This document shows, piece after piece, positions 10,969 to 25,848 of a DNA stretch of 64,000 bases. Source of the DNA: Emiliania huxleyi CCMP1516 (taxonomy: Eukaryota). Every line of letters starts with the position of its first letter. The stretch's first letter is position 1. The notes below the pieces were generated by a model. It ran no database searches, was not told the DNA's origin, and saw only the letters and a program-made list of their open reading frames with translations. The position numbers and the translations under genes are program-made. The stretch lies in assembly GCF_000372725.1 (NCBI RefSeq), contig NW_005202113.1, positions 310,001 to 374,000 of the forward strand, written 5' to 3'.

Positions 10969-12642
10969 TTGTACTGTATCGCGCGCCTTGGGAGGGGGGG
11001 GGGGGGTGGCGGGGGGCTTTTTTCCGGACGGGACACAAGGTCGAAACAACGTAAAGCCGGATTGTGGATTCGCTGTCCGCGCTGTAGACAGGAGCCAAGC
11101 CGTCGTCTCTCAGCTACGTCTGCTCTGGCGTTGGTTGCGGTCTCGCTGGCTCCTCAGGGCCTCAGCAAGTCTGTCCCCGCTAAGCCCCGTCCTGAGTGCT
11201 TCACCGAAGCTGCCGCCCGTGCCTCTGCCACCTGGCTGAACCGCTACCGCTGCTCGAGAGGTGTCAAGGCTGCGGATCAGGCGCCCGTGGTGACTCGACA
11301 GCGACAGCACAACACCACATTACCTGCTACGGTAGCAAACTCTTGCTCTCTGCTGCGCGCCTGCCACACGGTCCAGCTCGTTCGGAAGGGGCCGCCACCG
11401 CAGGCGATCGCGCATCATCCGCCAAACAGCCAGCATGGAAGCCCGCCACTGCTCACCCGCATTGTTGTAACAATGGAGTATCGGAATGCAGGCCGACTTG
11501 GCAACATGATGTTTTTGTACGCAGCAGGTTTTGGTATGGCTTGCCACAGCGGCGTCAGGCTGATGCTGACAAGCTCAAATCGAAGCCGGTCTTTCTGTAA
11601 TGCCTTTCCAGCAGCCCTAGCTTGTGACAGCGCGGCCATGCATAATGACCCCGACATGCGTCAGCCCTGGCACAATATTGAAAATGAGCTCCTCTCATGG
11701 CAGCCGCGTCCGTGGTGGCCGCTCCATCCTGGTCTCAACAGGGTTGGAGGCTATAGGCAGTCCCCGGCATACTGGGAGGGCTGTCATACGCAATCCCTTC
11801 GAGACCAGTTCCGCTTTGCCCCTGCGATACAGGATGCAGCCGCCCAGTTGCTGAGAGCACATGGATTGGTGGTGACATCGATTGATGGCCAAACACCCAC
11901 CGCCCAGTGCGGCAGCGTTTACGCCCGATTTAACGACAGCACAGGAGACGGCTACTTTGATTGTCACCCAACGGAGGCCTTCTACTCGCAAGCTTTGCCG
12001 CGTCTCGCCGAGATGTTACAAGCGCGAGGCAAACCCAAATGGGTATTCCTCACATCCTCTTATGCAAGCACTCCCGCCCAGCGCGAGGCTCTGTACGCCA
12101 AAGGCAGTCGTGAGGCGAATGCCAGCGTTGTGGCCATCGACCATCGCAACCCCGCCGTCGTAATGTGTGCGCTGTCTATGTGTGGCGGTGCGGTGTTCAA
12201 CTTTGGGTCATTCAGTTGGTGGGCCTCCTTTCTCACCGGAGGCCCTGTCGTCTTCGATGCGACACTAACGGACAGCACCAAGAGACGTTGGTGCTCATCA
12301 TTTCATCATTGGCAGCCTTCCTGCGGTAGAGATGCCGAAGGTTTCGTGATGGCCCATCTGCCCAGTTCGTGGACGCCTATTGGCAGACCGAGCGGCCATG
12401 CGATACGCATGTGCGCGAAACCGAGGTCTCAACTGGGCTACAGCTCGCTAGCCGAGCCTAGCCTGCCGGCGGCGGCCCCGGCCTTCTCGTCTGCCGTCTC
12501 CTCGATGGGGGCGTCCTCGCTCCTGAGCTCCTGCTCGCCGCTCACCGTGCCCGCCCTCGTCCTCGTCCTCTTCGCTATCGCAACCTACGCCTCCTGGCGA
12601 CCCGTTTTGGCGCGGGATGTGTGGCCTCGTGAGCCGTGTTAG
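10969..12642 (+). CDS. GT11 alpha-1,2-fucosyltransferase-like protein (start uncertain)
   Basis: GRLGNMMFLYAA motif, GYRQSPAYW, LRDQFRF, FYSQAL, GSFSWWASFL. Confidence 0.8.
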   Translation: MYCIARLGRGGGGGGGLFSGRDTRSKQRKAGLWIRCPRCRQEPSRRLSATSALALVAVSLAPQGLSKSVPAKPRPECFTEAAARASATWLNRYRCSRGVKAADQAPVVTRQRQHNTTLPATVANSCSLLRACHTVQLVRKGPPPQAIAHHPPNSQHGSPPLLTRIVVTMEYRNAGRLGNMMFLYAAGFGMACHSGVRLMLTSSNRSRSFCNAFPAALACDSAAMHNDPDMRQPWHNIENELLSWQPRPWWPLHPGLNRVGGYRQSPAYWEGCHTQSLRDQFRFAPAIQDAAAQLLRAHGLVVTSIDGQTPTAQCGSVYARFNDSTGDGYFDCHPTEAFYSQALPRLAEMLQARGKPKWVFLTSSYASTPAQREALYAKGSREANASVVAIDHRNPAVVMCALSMCGGAVFNFGSFSWWASFLTGGPVVFDATLTDSTKRRWCSSFHHWQPSCGRDAEGFVMAHLPSSWTPIGRPSGHAIRMCAKPRSQLGYSSLAEPSLPAAAPAFSSAVSSMGASSLLSSCSPLTVPALVLVLFAIATYASWRPVLARDVWPREPC

Positions 12643-13103
12643 GGGCTAAGAAAAATCTCAAGACACCTTGACGAGACGAACGCCCCCCCGCCTCTGGCGT
12701 CTCTGTGCGTCCCGCAGGGGGGCTCTGCCGTCTGCCCGGGCGCCCGCTGCAGTAGGGGGTGCGCATGGGGGTGCGCGGCGCCCCAAAATATGAGACCGAC
12801 CCAGGTCGCAGTTCTCTTGCGCTTCGGCGGTTAGTGGTCACGAACCCGAACACCCTTCGGAGTCGCTCTCCTCATCGCAAACCCTGGTCCGCAGTCCGCC
12901 TTCGGGTCCGTACGTAAGAGCTACATACACTGAGAGAGAGGGCGTTAGGGGCCCTAGACTAGAGAACACCCGCCCCTTCTCCCTTTTCCCCCGCTATTAG
13001 TACACTGAAAATCCACCAGTGTGGGATTTTGCGCAATGCTTGACTCTGAAAAGCTCGCCGATCCCTGCGGTGAGCGCTGTGGTCGCCGCAGACTGGCTCC
13101 GAC

Positions 13104-13473
13104 TAGAGCTGTTTAACGTTGGGAGCTGAACAGTGTTGCTAGTGTTAACAGTAACAACAGAACAACAGTGGGGCTCCCCAACAACAGTAGCTAACGTTAG
13201 GCCGGCTGAACAACAATAAGGAAGGCCTACCAGTGACCCACGACGATCTCCAGCGTCCAGTGCGGGTAATACCCGAAAATACCCGGGAAAACCCAGGTAT
13301 TTTCGGGGTTTACCCGGTTTTTTGGGGATTTTCTGCTTGCTGACCGCTGAACAACAGTAACAACAGTAACAAACAGTAACAGCTTGGGCTGGGGAGAACA
13401 CTTGAACAACGTTAAGGATTTCAGCCAACAATAGCGCAACTGTTAGGCCCAAAGTTAATGTTAAACAGCTCTA
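13104..13473. mobile_element. hAT-like MITE with 8-bp TSD
   Basis: TIR tagagctgtttaac / gttaaacagctcta; exact TSD gctccgac at 13096-13103 and 13474-13481; internal aacagtaac repeats. Confidence 0.9.
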
Positions 13474-14071
13474 GCTCCGACTTGACGGCAGCATGGAGAC
13501 GTGATGCCTCCAAATGCTGCCGTCGAGTTGAAATCGACATGCAGCTCGATCTTTGCCCCGCAGGAGGGATATGGCATATGCGGCCTTGCCCCATGACAAC
13601 CATATGTCCATATCCGCTTGGCGAAAAGAAAAATAAACCGAGCACGGGACTGGCGCGCACTGGCACCGAGAAAGAATAAAATTGTCAGCCGCTGGTTGTG
13701 TAACAACGTTTCTTTGTTACTCTTTCGAAGGGTTCCGTCTGATCGCTCCTTTTGGTACATGCACATGCACATTCTGTCCGAGCATGCTGTCTGTGGACGC
13801 ATGAACGCGAAGATCACCGTCGTCCGCGCGTGGCCGCGCCGACCCCTCCGCCTCCCTCCGCCTCGCCGTCGCCGCCGCCTCCGTCCGCCTCGCCATCGCC
13901 GCCGCCTCCCTCGTCCTCACGCGATTATGATGAACAGCCACAGCGACATACGTGGCCGAGATGTCTGGCCCCGGCCTCTGTCTGCGCCCCTCGCCGCGCC
14001 CAACACCTCTTCTGGCGCCCACACGCCGCCCCGCCGCCGAGAGCAGGCGCTGGGCGACTCGCTCATCATGC

Positions 14072-14156
14072 GCACTTGGAGCACTTGGAGTGCAGTCGGT
14101 GACCTCACATCCGGGGCCGGGGAGCTCAGAAGCGCACCCAGCGGGCCGGATGATCG
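14072..14156 (+). repeat. 85-bp dispersed repeat, second copy at 58870-58954
   Basis: gcacttggagcacttggagtgca...gcgggccggatgatcg is near-identical in both places. Confidence 0.85.
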
Positions 14157-14258
14157 CACGACTTTTTTCGCGGGATGAAGGGCCCCTGACTGCACAGCAG
14201 CAGCCCGACCCCACGCTCCGCTCGTAGCGACCCCACGCTCCGCTCGTAGCCTCTCGTC

Positions 14259-17387
<3,129 letters not shown>

Positions 17388-17461
17388 GCCCGCGCCCTTG
17401 GCGCGCCCGGCGGGGCGCGAGGGGGCGTGGGTGGGCGGCGGGAGCCGCGCGCTGTACTCGC

Positions 17462-17540
17462 GCGGAGCGACGGATGAAGGACACGCCCTTAAGGCCTCGC
17501 TGCTGCGAGCCCGGGCGGCGTCCGGAGAAGACCGCTCCGC
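17462..17540 (+). promoter_or_regulatory. SECIS element (type II) in SelO 3'UTR
   Basis: Helix I gcggagcg/cgctccgc; ATGA at 17474; helix II ggacacgccc/gggcggcgtcc; unpaired AA at 17491-17492; apical mini-stem ctcgc/gcgag; 3' GA. Confidence 0.88.
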
Positions 17541-18176
17541 ACGGAACGCGAGTTCAAGCGCGCGCCCGCCCTCTCCATGATGGGGGTTGTACGGCTGGCT
17601 CACAGAGCGGTGATGAACTGATGTCCGGTGCCCCCCAGCGCACAACTACACTGCGCGTGGGTGTTTTTGACGTGCAGTCCGAGTAGAGGTCCTCATACAC
17701 ACTTGCTTGGGTGGGAGTAAGTACTGTGTACTCTCCGCGGTCCCGCGCGGCGCGCGTCTTTTTCGCGGCTGATCGAAGCCTGCCAACCGCGCCCGCGCGC
17801 GCGCCGCGCGGGCCCCGCACTGGCCCGAGGGGTCAGCGCACAGAGCGGTCTCCGGTCTGGGGGGTGGGCCGGTCTGGGCCACTGCGCAGTGCCACTGGGC
17901 GCTCCACTGCGAGGTCCTCGCCCAAAACCCTCAACACTCCGCTTAGCGTGTTTGAAGGATGTCTGAAAAAGTAGCAAGGCGCTCTCGGCAGCAGCCCCTT
18001 GGAGTGTGAAGGCTTCGTAGCCCTCCGGTCTACTACGTAGTGAAGATCCGCAGGACTGGAGCGAAAAAAAAGCAAGCGAGTGCTTCGGCAGGGCGCGTCC
18101 CCGATTTCCGAAAACACCCAGTGTAGCGATTTCGAATGGGACGCTCGTGGTCGTGCTAGCGCTCGTGGTCGTGCTA

Positions 18177-20103
18177 TCAGACGCCCAGCGTGATGTTGAG
18201 TCGGAGGCAGAGGTAGGCCGCCACGCGCAGAGCGAGGGCGATGGTGATCAGCATGGCTCCGCAGAGGCCGACGGAGAGCCCGTCGTAGCCGAGCGCGCGG
18301 ATCACCTCGTCGCCCGAGAAGGGGCACGCGTCGCCAAACTCGCCGACGCCAGCCTGGTCGCAGTCGACCTCGCGGCCGCCAAACTCGTTGATCACCATGC
18401 CGCTGTAGCCCCAAAACATGAAGGACGCGTACCGCATCCACGAGATCCACCCCGGGATGCGGTCGACGCCGACGTAGAAGCCTCCGAATAGCATCACCAT
18501 CAGCACGAAGATGAAGGACACGCACGAGGAGAGGGCGAGGTCCGGGATGAGCAGAGAGATGAAGAGGCCGATCGACTGGCCCGTGAAGACGGTGCTCAGC
18601 GAGAGGGCGAGGTAGGTGAAGAACGGGCCCGCGCCGGGGCGCAGCCCGACGGAGAAGTAGATGATGATGGCGTAGAGCACGGGCAGGACGAGAATGGCGA
18701 ACGAGTCGGCGGCGGAGCGCGCCAGGAAGTAGGGCAGCATGCGGTACGTGCCGCAACGCCGCTCGCGCAGCATGAGCTGCCTCTCCAGCGGGAACAGGCG
18801 CAGCACCGTGTTCTGCGCGTTGAAGGCCTGCTGGATGTTGACGAAGAAGAGGACGCCCTTGATGTCGCTCACCGTCGTGGCGCCGCTCCACAGGATGGCG
18901 GCGATGACGGCGACGGCGAGGATCTGAAAGATGTTGGTCAGGTTGTAGACGTCGCCGCGCTGCTGCTTCGCGCTCCGCTCGAGCAGCACGCAAAACTGCC
19001 ACCAGCTGCTCGTGGCAAAATGCGACCCGGCCAGCCGCGCCGCCGACGGCAGCTTGGCGCGCCGCGAGCTCGCCTCCTCCACCGCGCCGCCGTCCGCGCC
19101 CGCGCCGCCGTCGCCGCGCCCCTCCCGCGCCCAGCAGTCGAGCAGCTGCGCGGGCCGCTCGTCGACGAGATCGATGAGCCAATCGGCCGGATTGGTGAGA
19201 CTTGGCAGCGCCTACGTGACGAGGCCAAGAGTGGTGTTGCCGCCATGCATGGTCGCGACCGGCGCTTGCTCGGCAGCAGACCTCTCCGAGCGCGCCCTGC
19301 ATGTAGGCGACGGCGTCGGCCGCCGCTCCGTTGTAGGCGACGCGGCCGCCGGAGAGGAGGAGGAGCTGGTCAAAGAGGGAGAAGATGTTGGAGCGCGGCT
19401 GGTGGACCGACAGCACCAGGATCATCCGGTTGGTGCGGGCCACGGACTGGAGGCAGCTCGTGAGCGAGAGCGCGGTGGCGGCGTCGAGGCCGGACGTCGG
19501 CTCGTCGAGGAAGAGCAGCGGCGGCCGAGCCACGAGCTCTGCGCCGACGGCGGTGCGCTTCCTCTCCCCGCCGCTGACGCCGCGCTTCTTCTCGCTGCCG
19601 ATGGCGGTGTGCGCGCAGTGCTCCAGGCCGAGCTGCTGCAGGGTCGTCTGCACCCGCCGGTCGCGCTCCTCGTCGCCGAGCGACTGCGGCAGCCGCAACC
19701 GGGCGGCAAACTCGATCGTCTCGCGTACCGTCAGCGCGGCGAGGAGGAGGTCGTCCTGGAAGACGAAGCCGCAACGGCGGAAGAAGGCCTTGGTCGGCGC
19801 GGCGCCGCCGAGCGTCACCTCCCCCGCCTCCAGTTTGGCGCCCTTGGGAGCGCGGCCCGCGAGGAGAGAGAGCAACGACGTCTTGCCAGAGCCGCTCGGG
19901 CCCATCAATGCGATCATCTCGGAGGGCGCAACGCAGCCGCTCACGTCGTCGAGTATAACCTTGCGCTCCCCCGCGTTGGACGTACGAGCGCTCGCGCGGC
20001 GACGCCAGTTTCGCCTGTGCGTCTGCGCCACGCGCACGCTCAGCCGGAGGCCGCTCCACGACAGCGCCTCCTCGCCGAGGTCGATGGTGACGCGCTCGGT
20101 CAT
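18177..20103 (-). CDS. ABCG (White-family) half transporter, with an intron near 19200-19280
   Basis: Walker A GPSGSGKT, signature VSGGERKR, LFLDEPTSGLD, HQPR; C-terminal ABC-2 TM domain (ERQLMLRER, SFMFWGY, NEF). Confidence 0.93.
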
Positions 20104-20720
20104 GTAAGCTCAACACAGGCTGAGAGGCGAGTCGGGTACGGTGGCGCGGGACGCGCAGCGGCGGCGGCGAGCAGCCGTGCGCTCCGTGCGCGGTGAGGCG
20201 GCGAGGGCGAGGGCACCAAGGGTGAGTCGTTCGTGGTAGCTTCCTAGGCATGTTTTCTTTTGCGTCCCTTAACCGCAAAGCCCGCGAAAGGCCGGCGCGA
20301 CGAAGGTCTCGGGCGCCTCGGCCTGGTCGGACGCGGGCGCTCGCTCGCGCGGCAGTTGTCCTTGGATGCGAACGGAGGTCGCGTCCAAGGAAGGGGTGGC
20401 GGCTTTCTTGGCGGCTTCGCTGGGTATCCGGAGAGAGAGAGATTTTTAGCAATACCAAACAACTCTAACACTCTACACTCACACGTCATTTGGGGCCTGG
20501 AGCCCTGTTCACGCGCGCGCGGCTTCACCTTCAGCTGGCGTCCGGCGGTTGATTCGCTCACTTCATTTTAGGCGGAACTCCTTTTCCTTCATTTGGCCGG
20601 CTGGGTGGTCGGGACACGCTCGCTCGCCTTGTCCTTGGATGCGACAACGGAAGACGCGTCCAACGAGGAGCTGGGGTGGTGGCTTCGCGCCGGGTTTTTC
20701 TTTAGTTCATTGGGGCGGAA

Positions 20721-22154
20721 ATGCTCTTGCTCGCTTCCGGCCAGGCCGCAGCAGGCTACCTCGCCTCGCCGGCGCCTCGTGCCGTGCGGGAGCATCGCGT
20801 CGGCGGCGCCTCGTGCTCGCGGCTGCGCTCGCCGGTGGCGATGCGCTGGGGCGAGCGCCTCGACAAGGAGAGCATCGGCGACCCGGAGGCGAAGCCGACG
20901 GCGCTGCAGAAGGACCACGGCAAGCTCATCATCACGCTGGCGACGACGGGCAACATCAACACAAAGGAGCGGAATCCGGCGCTCCCGTGCTCGCCGGAGG
21001 AGATGGCGGACGACATGCACGAGTGCATCAAGCTGGGCGTGTCGGTGCTGCACATCCACGCTCGGGACGAGAACAACAAGCCGACGATGCGTGTGGACAA
21101 ATTCCGCGAGACGGTGCGGCGGGTGAAGGAGCGCGATCCCGACGTGGTGATCCAGATCTCGACGGGCGGCCGCGCGCCGCTCGACGGCGTCGACCCGGGC
21201 ACCTGGCGGATGGACCCGCTCAACCTGAAGCCCGAGATGGCGTCCTACACGCCCGGCTCGGTCCCGCCGCCGCGCCCGCAGCGTCCAACCCCCCAGCCAC
21301 GCCTCGCCCCGACCCGCCCGCCGCAGCTCGCCGATCCGCTGCGCGCGCCTCGGCCGCAGGTGAACCTCGGCCCCATCGTCTACCAGAACAACGCCAAGCT
21401 CGTGCAGGACATGGCGCAGCGCTTCTGCGAGACGGGCATCAAGCCGCAGGTGGAGGTGTTCGACACGAACATGATCTCGAACTGCGACCTGCTGGTCAAG
21501 CAGGGGCTGCTCAAGCGGCCCATCGACTTTGGCTTCGTGATGGGCGCGCCCGGCGCGCAGGAGTGCTCGCTGCGCCAGCTCGGCCACCTGACCAGCATGC
21601 TGCAGCCCGGAGACACGTGGACGTCCATCGGCATCGGAAAGTTCGAGATGCCGCTCGCCTACATGGCGATCGCGATGGGGGGGCACGTACGCGCTGTCGC
21701 CCCTCCGCCCCCCTCCCTCTCGAGGTGCGCCAGCGGCGAGGCGGCGGGCGGGCTGCGACCTCGCTGCCGCCGCCTCGCGCGCCGCAGGTGCGGGTCGGGC
21801 TCGAGGACAACAACAAGACGCCCGACGGCAAGCTCGCCACCAACTACGAGCTGGTCAAGCACATCGTCGACGTGGCAAAGGTGATGGGGCGCGAGATTGC
21901 CACCCCCGCCGAGGCGCGCGAGATGCTCTCGATGCCCGCCGCTAAGGCGCGCCCGCCGCCCCTCCCCTCCCTCGCTCGCCCCTCCCCGCGCCGCGGCCCT
22001 CCACCAAGGCTGCGCCTCGCAGGCGGACGAGATCCTGCCGCAGCTCGACCCGTCGGTGCCGCTCGACTCGCTCGTCTCGGACTGGAGCCCGTACGCGGAC
22101 CTCGAGCAGAGCGAAGGCCCGTCACTCGAGCTGAGGCCGAGGGCGGGCCTGTAG
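20721..22154 (+). CDS. Beta-keto acid cleavage enzyme (BKACE/Kce, DUF849), with three introns and an N-terminal presequence
   Basis: LIITLATTG, LPCSPEEM, VLHIHAR, QISTGG, PEMASYTPGSVN, VEVFD, GHVRVGLED; introns at ~21261-21359, ~21688-21788 and ~21947-22022. Confidence 0.88.
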
Positions 22155-22355
22155 AGCGCGCGGACTCCCCAGAGCACACCGAGCGACGCGCGTCACGCGG
22201 CCTGTGCGTCACGAATCAGGGAGCAGGCGATGAAAAGCGCACTGCGCTCCTTTTTTGTGTCTCTGTTTTATCTGTCCCTCCGGGGACCCTGCCGAGCGCG
22301 CCGAGAAGCCCCGTCTCAGACACCAGAGGTCGGCCTCGCCGCCCCGCCAAAATGC

Positions 22356-23607
22356 AAAAAACGTGTTCGGCCCGCGGAGGGCCGGGTGCGCAGATAGAGG
22401 TAGGGCTGGCGTGTGGGGCCTCAGGTAAAGGTAAACCTGTCTCAGACCGCCGGAGTACAGGTAGAGGTAAACGGAGCCCACGTGAGGGGAGGTAAACGTA
22501 CGACCGTGGCCCCGTGAGGGCTCGAGGTGGGGCCACGACGCAAGGCCCCGCGAGAGCGCTTCGCCTGCGGCGCGCCTGCCCGGCCATGGACCAGGCTTCA
22601 CCGCCGCTTGCTGACGGCTGATCGCATCGCCTACCGCATCGCGAATGACCAGTGCCGCGACCACTTGGACCTTGCACTGCCTGCCTGCTGACCCGGTGCA
22701 AAGAATCTGCGTCTCAGCTCTTCGGCGCATTGATTGTGCATGATTGCTCAAAAGTGGCTCGAATTGGCAATCCACCGCAATGCGAACATGAATGGAGAGC
22801 ACATGCAACACGGACGCAGGCTTGACGTTGGCGACGTCGGTTATCAGAGGGGTCAGGTCATAGTGACGCGCTCGATGGGATGCTGCATTGACGCAGACAG
22901 CAAAAGCATCGCAGCGGAGACCTTCTCATGAGTGGCGGCTCGCACCATGTGGCAGTGCGGACACCAGGTGCGCGAATTTAAGAGCCATTTTTGATTCCGT
23001 GGTTTTGGCACTGTCTACCAACTTTGGTACAAATCGACTTGGTCTGCACTGGGCACAGCTGAGCCCGGCGCTGCCTCCATTCTGAAAGTGTAGAAGGGGA
23101 GGCAGCATGTCAGGCTGCGAACTCTGCTGTGCGCCGAAAAGCGGTATGGCGCCGAGGAGGCCATTTTCCTATTAGAAAAGGCTGTCGACATCCAAAATTT
23201 TCCTCGCTGCGCGCCCAATCATGGTGCCATGGTGGGCACGCAGCGCGCGGGGCGCCTGTGGCGCCCATTTTTTGAAATGTCTGCCACTCACCTAAGTGGC
23301 TCTCTCAAACACTCGTGCGGCTGCGCATTTTATTTTCTTCTCGGCGAGTGAAAATCGCAGATTATGTTGTATCGAGATCGCAATATCTCGAGATGAGACC
23401 ACTCGAGAGATCACTGTTCACTCGCCTCTCGCGCGAGAGAGATCCTCGAGGCGAGATCACGCACAGGTAAATCACGGCTACGTTGCTCAGAGGTAGAGGT
23501 AAAGGGCCCACGGCTGCCCAGAGGTAAAGGTAAGAGGGCCGCAGGCCCTCAGAGGTAGAGGTAACCTAGACCCCTCCTACCCGGCCCTCCGGGCCGAACG
23601 CGTTTTT
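22356..23607. mobile_element. Non-autonomous TIR element with subterminal GAGGTARAGGTAA repeats
   Basis: aaaaacgtgttcggcccgcggagggccgggt is inverted to acccggccctccgggccgaacgcgttttt; clustered aggta(a/g)aggtaa near both ends; outer ends uncertain. Confidence 0.6.
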
Positions 23608-24369
23608 GAGCGAGTGACGGGTAATCGTGGCCGTGGCCAAGAAAATCAAAATATTGAGCTCTCTGTTTGGACCACGGTGAAAAACTCGACGGTTTTGGGC
23701 GTTTCAGAGCACGCTGAATCGATTGGCTGAGCTATAATTCTCGCCAGCCCTTTCCTTTCATAATTATTGACTCAAAACTCGATGATCGCGCGACTTTGGA
23801 GCCGTTATAGCTCAGCCAAAACGTTCCTCTCGAAAAATTGACTTAGGAAGCCGCAAACGGCAGCTTCTGAAAGACTCACCGGCGCTTATTCTCTTGATCT
23901 TTCAAAACCTAGGCCTGCGGCCAAAATTTTCTAAAGGCCGCTGCGCGGCCAGCGCAATGCGCAACCAGACAGCGACCGACAGTCAGCAGCAGACTGTGAC
24001 GATTGGCGGCCTCGCGCCCTCAGTCGACCTCCTCTACCAACTCCCCTGCCCAGCCCATATGCCTCATCCACGGTGGCGCAACCACTCGCGCAGGGAGAGA
24101 GAGAAAGTCGGCGATCTGCGCCGTGCAGATGAGCTCCGCCTCGTCTGCGTCGAGGACGCCCATCGCAGGGCTGTCATATAGCGCCATTGCACATGACGTA
24201 CTGCATGTTGTTCATTACTTCGCAGGTGCCAAAGTCGAGGATAAACTCACTCAGCGATGGCGAAGGCTGCACTCCCGGCCGGCGGTAGGAGAGATGAAGG
24301 CTAATGTACTTCGCAGTGTACGGTGCCTTCCGGCGCGAACAGTGCCCGGGACGAAAGAGGAGGCGACGT

Positions 24370-24691
24370 CTCCCTCGTCCATGGACGGTGTAGCCAGCTT
24401 GAGAGACGGGAACGAACGGCGGTGAATCGCCGACAGCGGCGCCTTCGTTCCTTTCCAGTGAATCGCCGGCGGGTGCCCTGAGCGTTGTATCTGTCGGCCA
24501 GTTGCCGCACCGCCGGCAGCAGCTCCACAGCAGCCGCCCAGATGGCGCCGGTTAGGACAGGAGCGAAGCCGCGTGGACACGGCTGAGCGACGCCGTGCGT
24601 CTCGTTTGGATGCTGCAGGCATGCCGGGCAGCGCGCCGTGCTCCATACCGCGCGTCGGGCGCCCGCCGAAATCTTCGATTTCTTTGGCGTA
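24370..24691 (+). repeat. Left arm of ~320-bp inverted repeat (right arm 30440-30760)
   Basis: Near-identical reverse complement of 30440-30760. Confidence 0.9.
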
Positions 24692-25341
24692 GGAGACCAA
24701 AAACCCTGAAAATTTTCTTCGCCTGCGGCGGGCAATTAATTTCGCTACTTTCGCTTTCACAGCTCTTTCACACGACTTTATCCGTCACTCGCTCTTTTGT
24801 ATATAGACCCCGCAATCTGCTCTCTTGCGGGGCGGACGCTTTGTCGCGCGTTGCTGCTTGCTCTGGCCTCTGGGTCTGGCGGCGCGCGGCCCCCGCCGCC
24901 CCCCCCCTTCCGCCCGCGCTGTGCTCACATAGCCCCTCTGCCGCGCGCCTCGCTGGCCCCCGTGCGTTTTACACACATCAACGGCGCTGCTCGGCGCACA
25001 CTCCTTTATACCCTTGGGCGCACAGCTGCACACACAGATCACGGATCGGTGGCTTTGATCATATGTGTCTGAATCACGTCTCGGCATGGTTGGAGGTGCA
25101 CATGCGTATTCCACAAATAAAATATGTGACACACACAGCGCACCCTGATATCTCATACTCCACACACTCTGAGGGCGCCGCGCTCCAGCGTCACAATGCC
25201 CGGCGGCCCGTCCCCCCGTCAGATCAGCGTCAGATCCCGTCCCCGCGCACTCTCCACAAGGACTTTTACCGCACAACTCAATCGTACAAGTACTCGGAGG
25301 CGCATTCTGCCAGCAGCTCTGATGGTTCGCCTCGGTCCAGC

Positions 25342-25848
25342 TCACGCAATGTCCAATAGCGACTTTGGTACGTAAGAGGCACCGATGGAGACCAGCTGCG
25401 CATAGTCAGAGCGCTTCAGGCAGCGAATGCGAAGGTGGATCGGCTCAGCGGCTCCAGCACGCCGAATCGTGCAGCGCAGCTCGTATCGTTCCGCACTCAC
25501 TGATCTGCAGTCCAGCATCGAGCCCTCGGCAAAGCCCGACACGTCTATGTGGTCGCCATCTCTGTGGAGTGTGCAGGGCCGGTAGAAGAGGCCAGTCGAC
25601 GTCTTTGCAAACACTCTGATGTAGAGCCAGCGAGGTGGTCGCAGCGTGGCTGTCGGCACGGACGCAGGCAGGGGCACTGCAAAAGGGATCCCATCAATCG
25701 ACCTGCTCAGCCGAACGACGGTGGCCTCCTGCAAGTCCACGTGATCAAGGAGTGGCTCCAGCGCAACGACGGTGGCCTCTTGCACGTCCACGTGGCTGCA
25801 GCCCAGAGACATGCTTTCGTCGGGGTGCACGATGGCGAGCGTCGCCAT
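25342..25848 (-). CDS. Hypothetical protein (possible PH-like fold)
   Basis: 168-aa ATG-started ORF with a beta-rich segment followed by a terminal helix; duplicated HVD(V/L)QEATVV. Confidence 0.35.
   Translation of the reverse strand: MATLAIVHPDESMSLGCSHVDVQEATVVALEPLLDHVDLQEATVVRLSRSIDGIPFAVPLPASVPTATLRPPRWLYIRVFAKTSTGLFYRPCTLHRDGDHIDVSGFAEGSMLDCRSVSAERYELRCTIRRAGAAEPIHLRIRCLKRSDYAQLVSIGASYVPKSLLDIA

Noticed and set aside
17833..18176. C-terminal part of the 756-aa ABC ORF
   Set aside because: Out-of-frame read-through of an intron; the real TM domain is in the 18177-19082 frame
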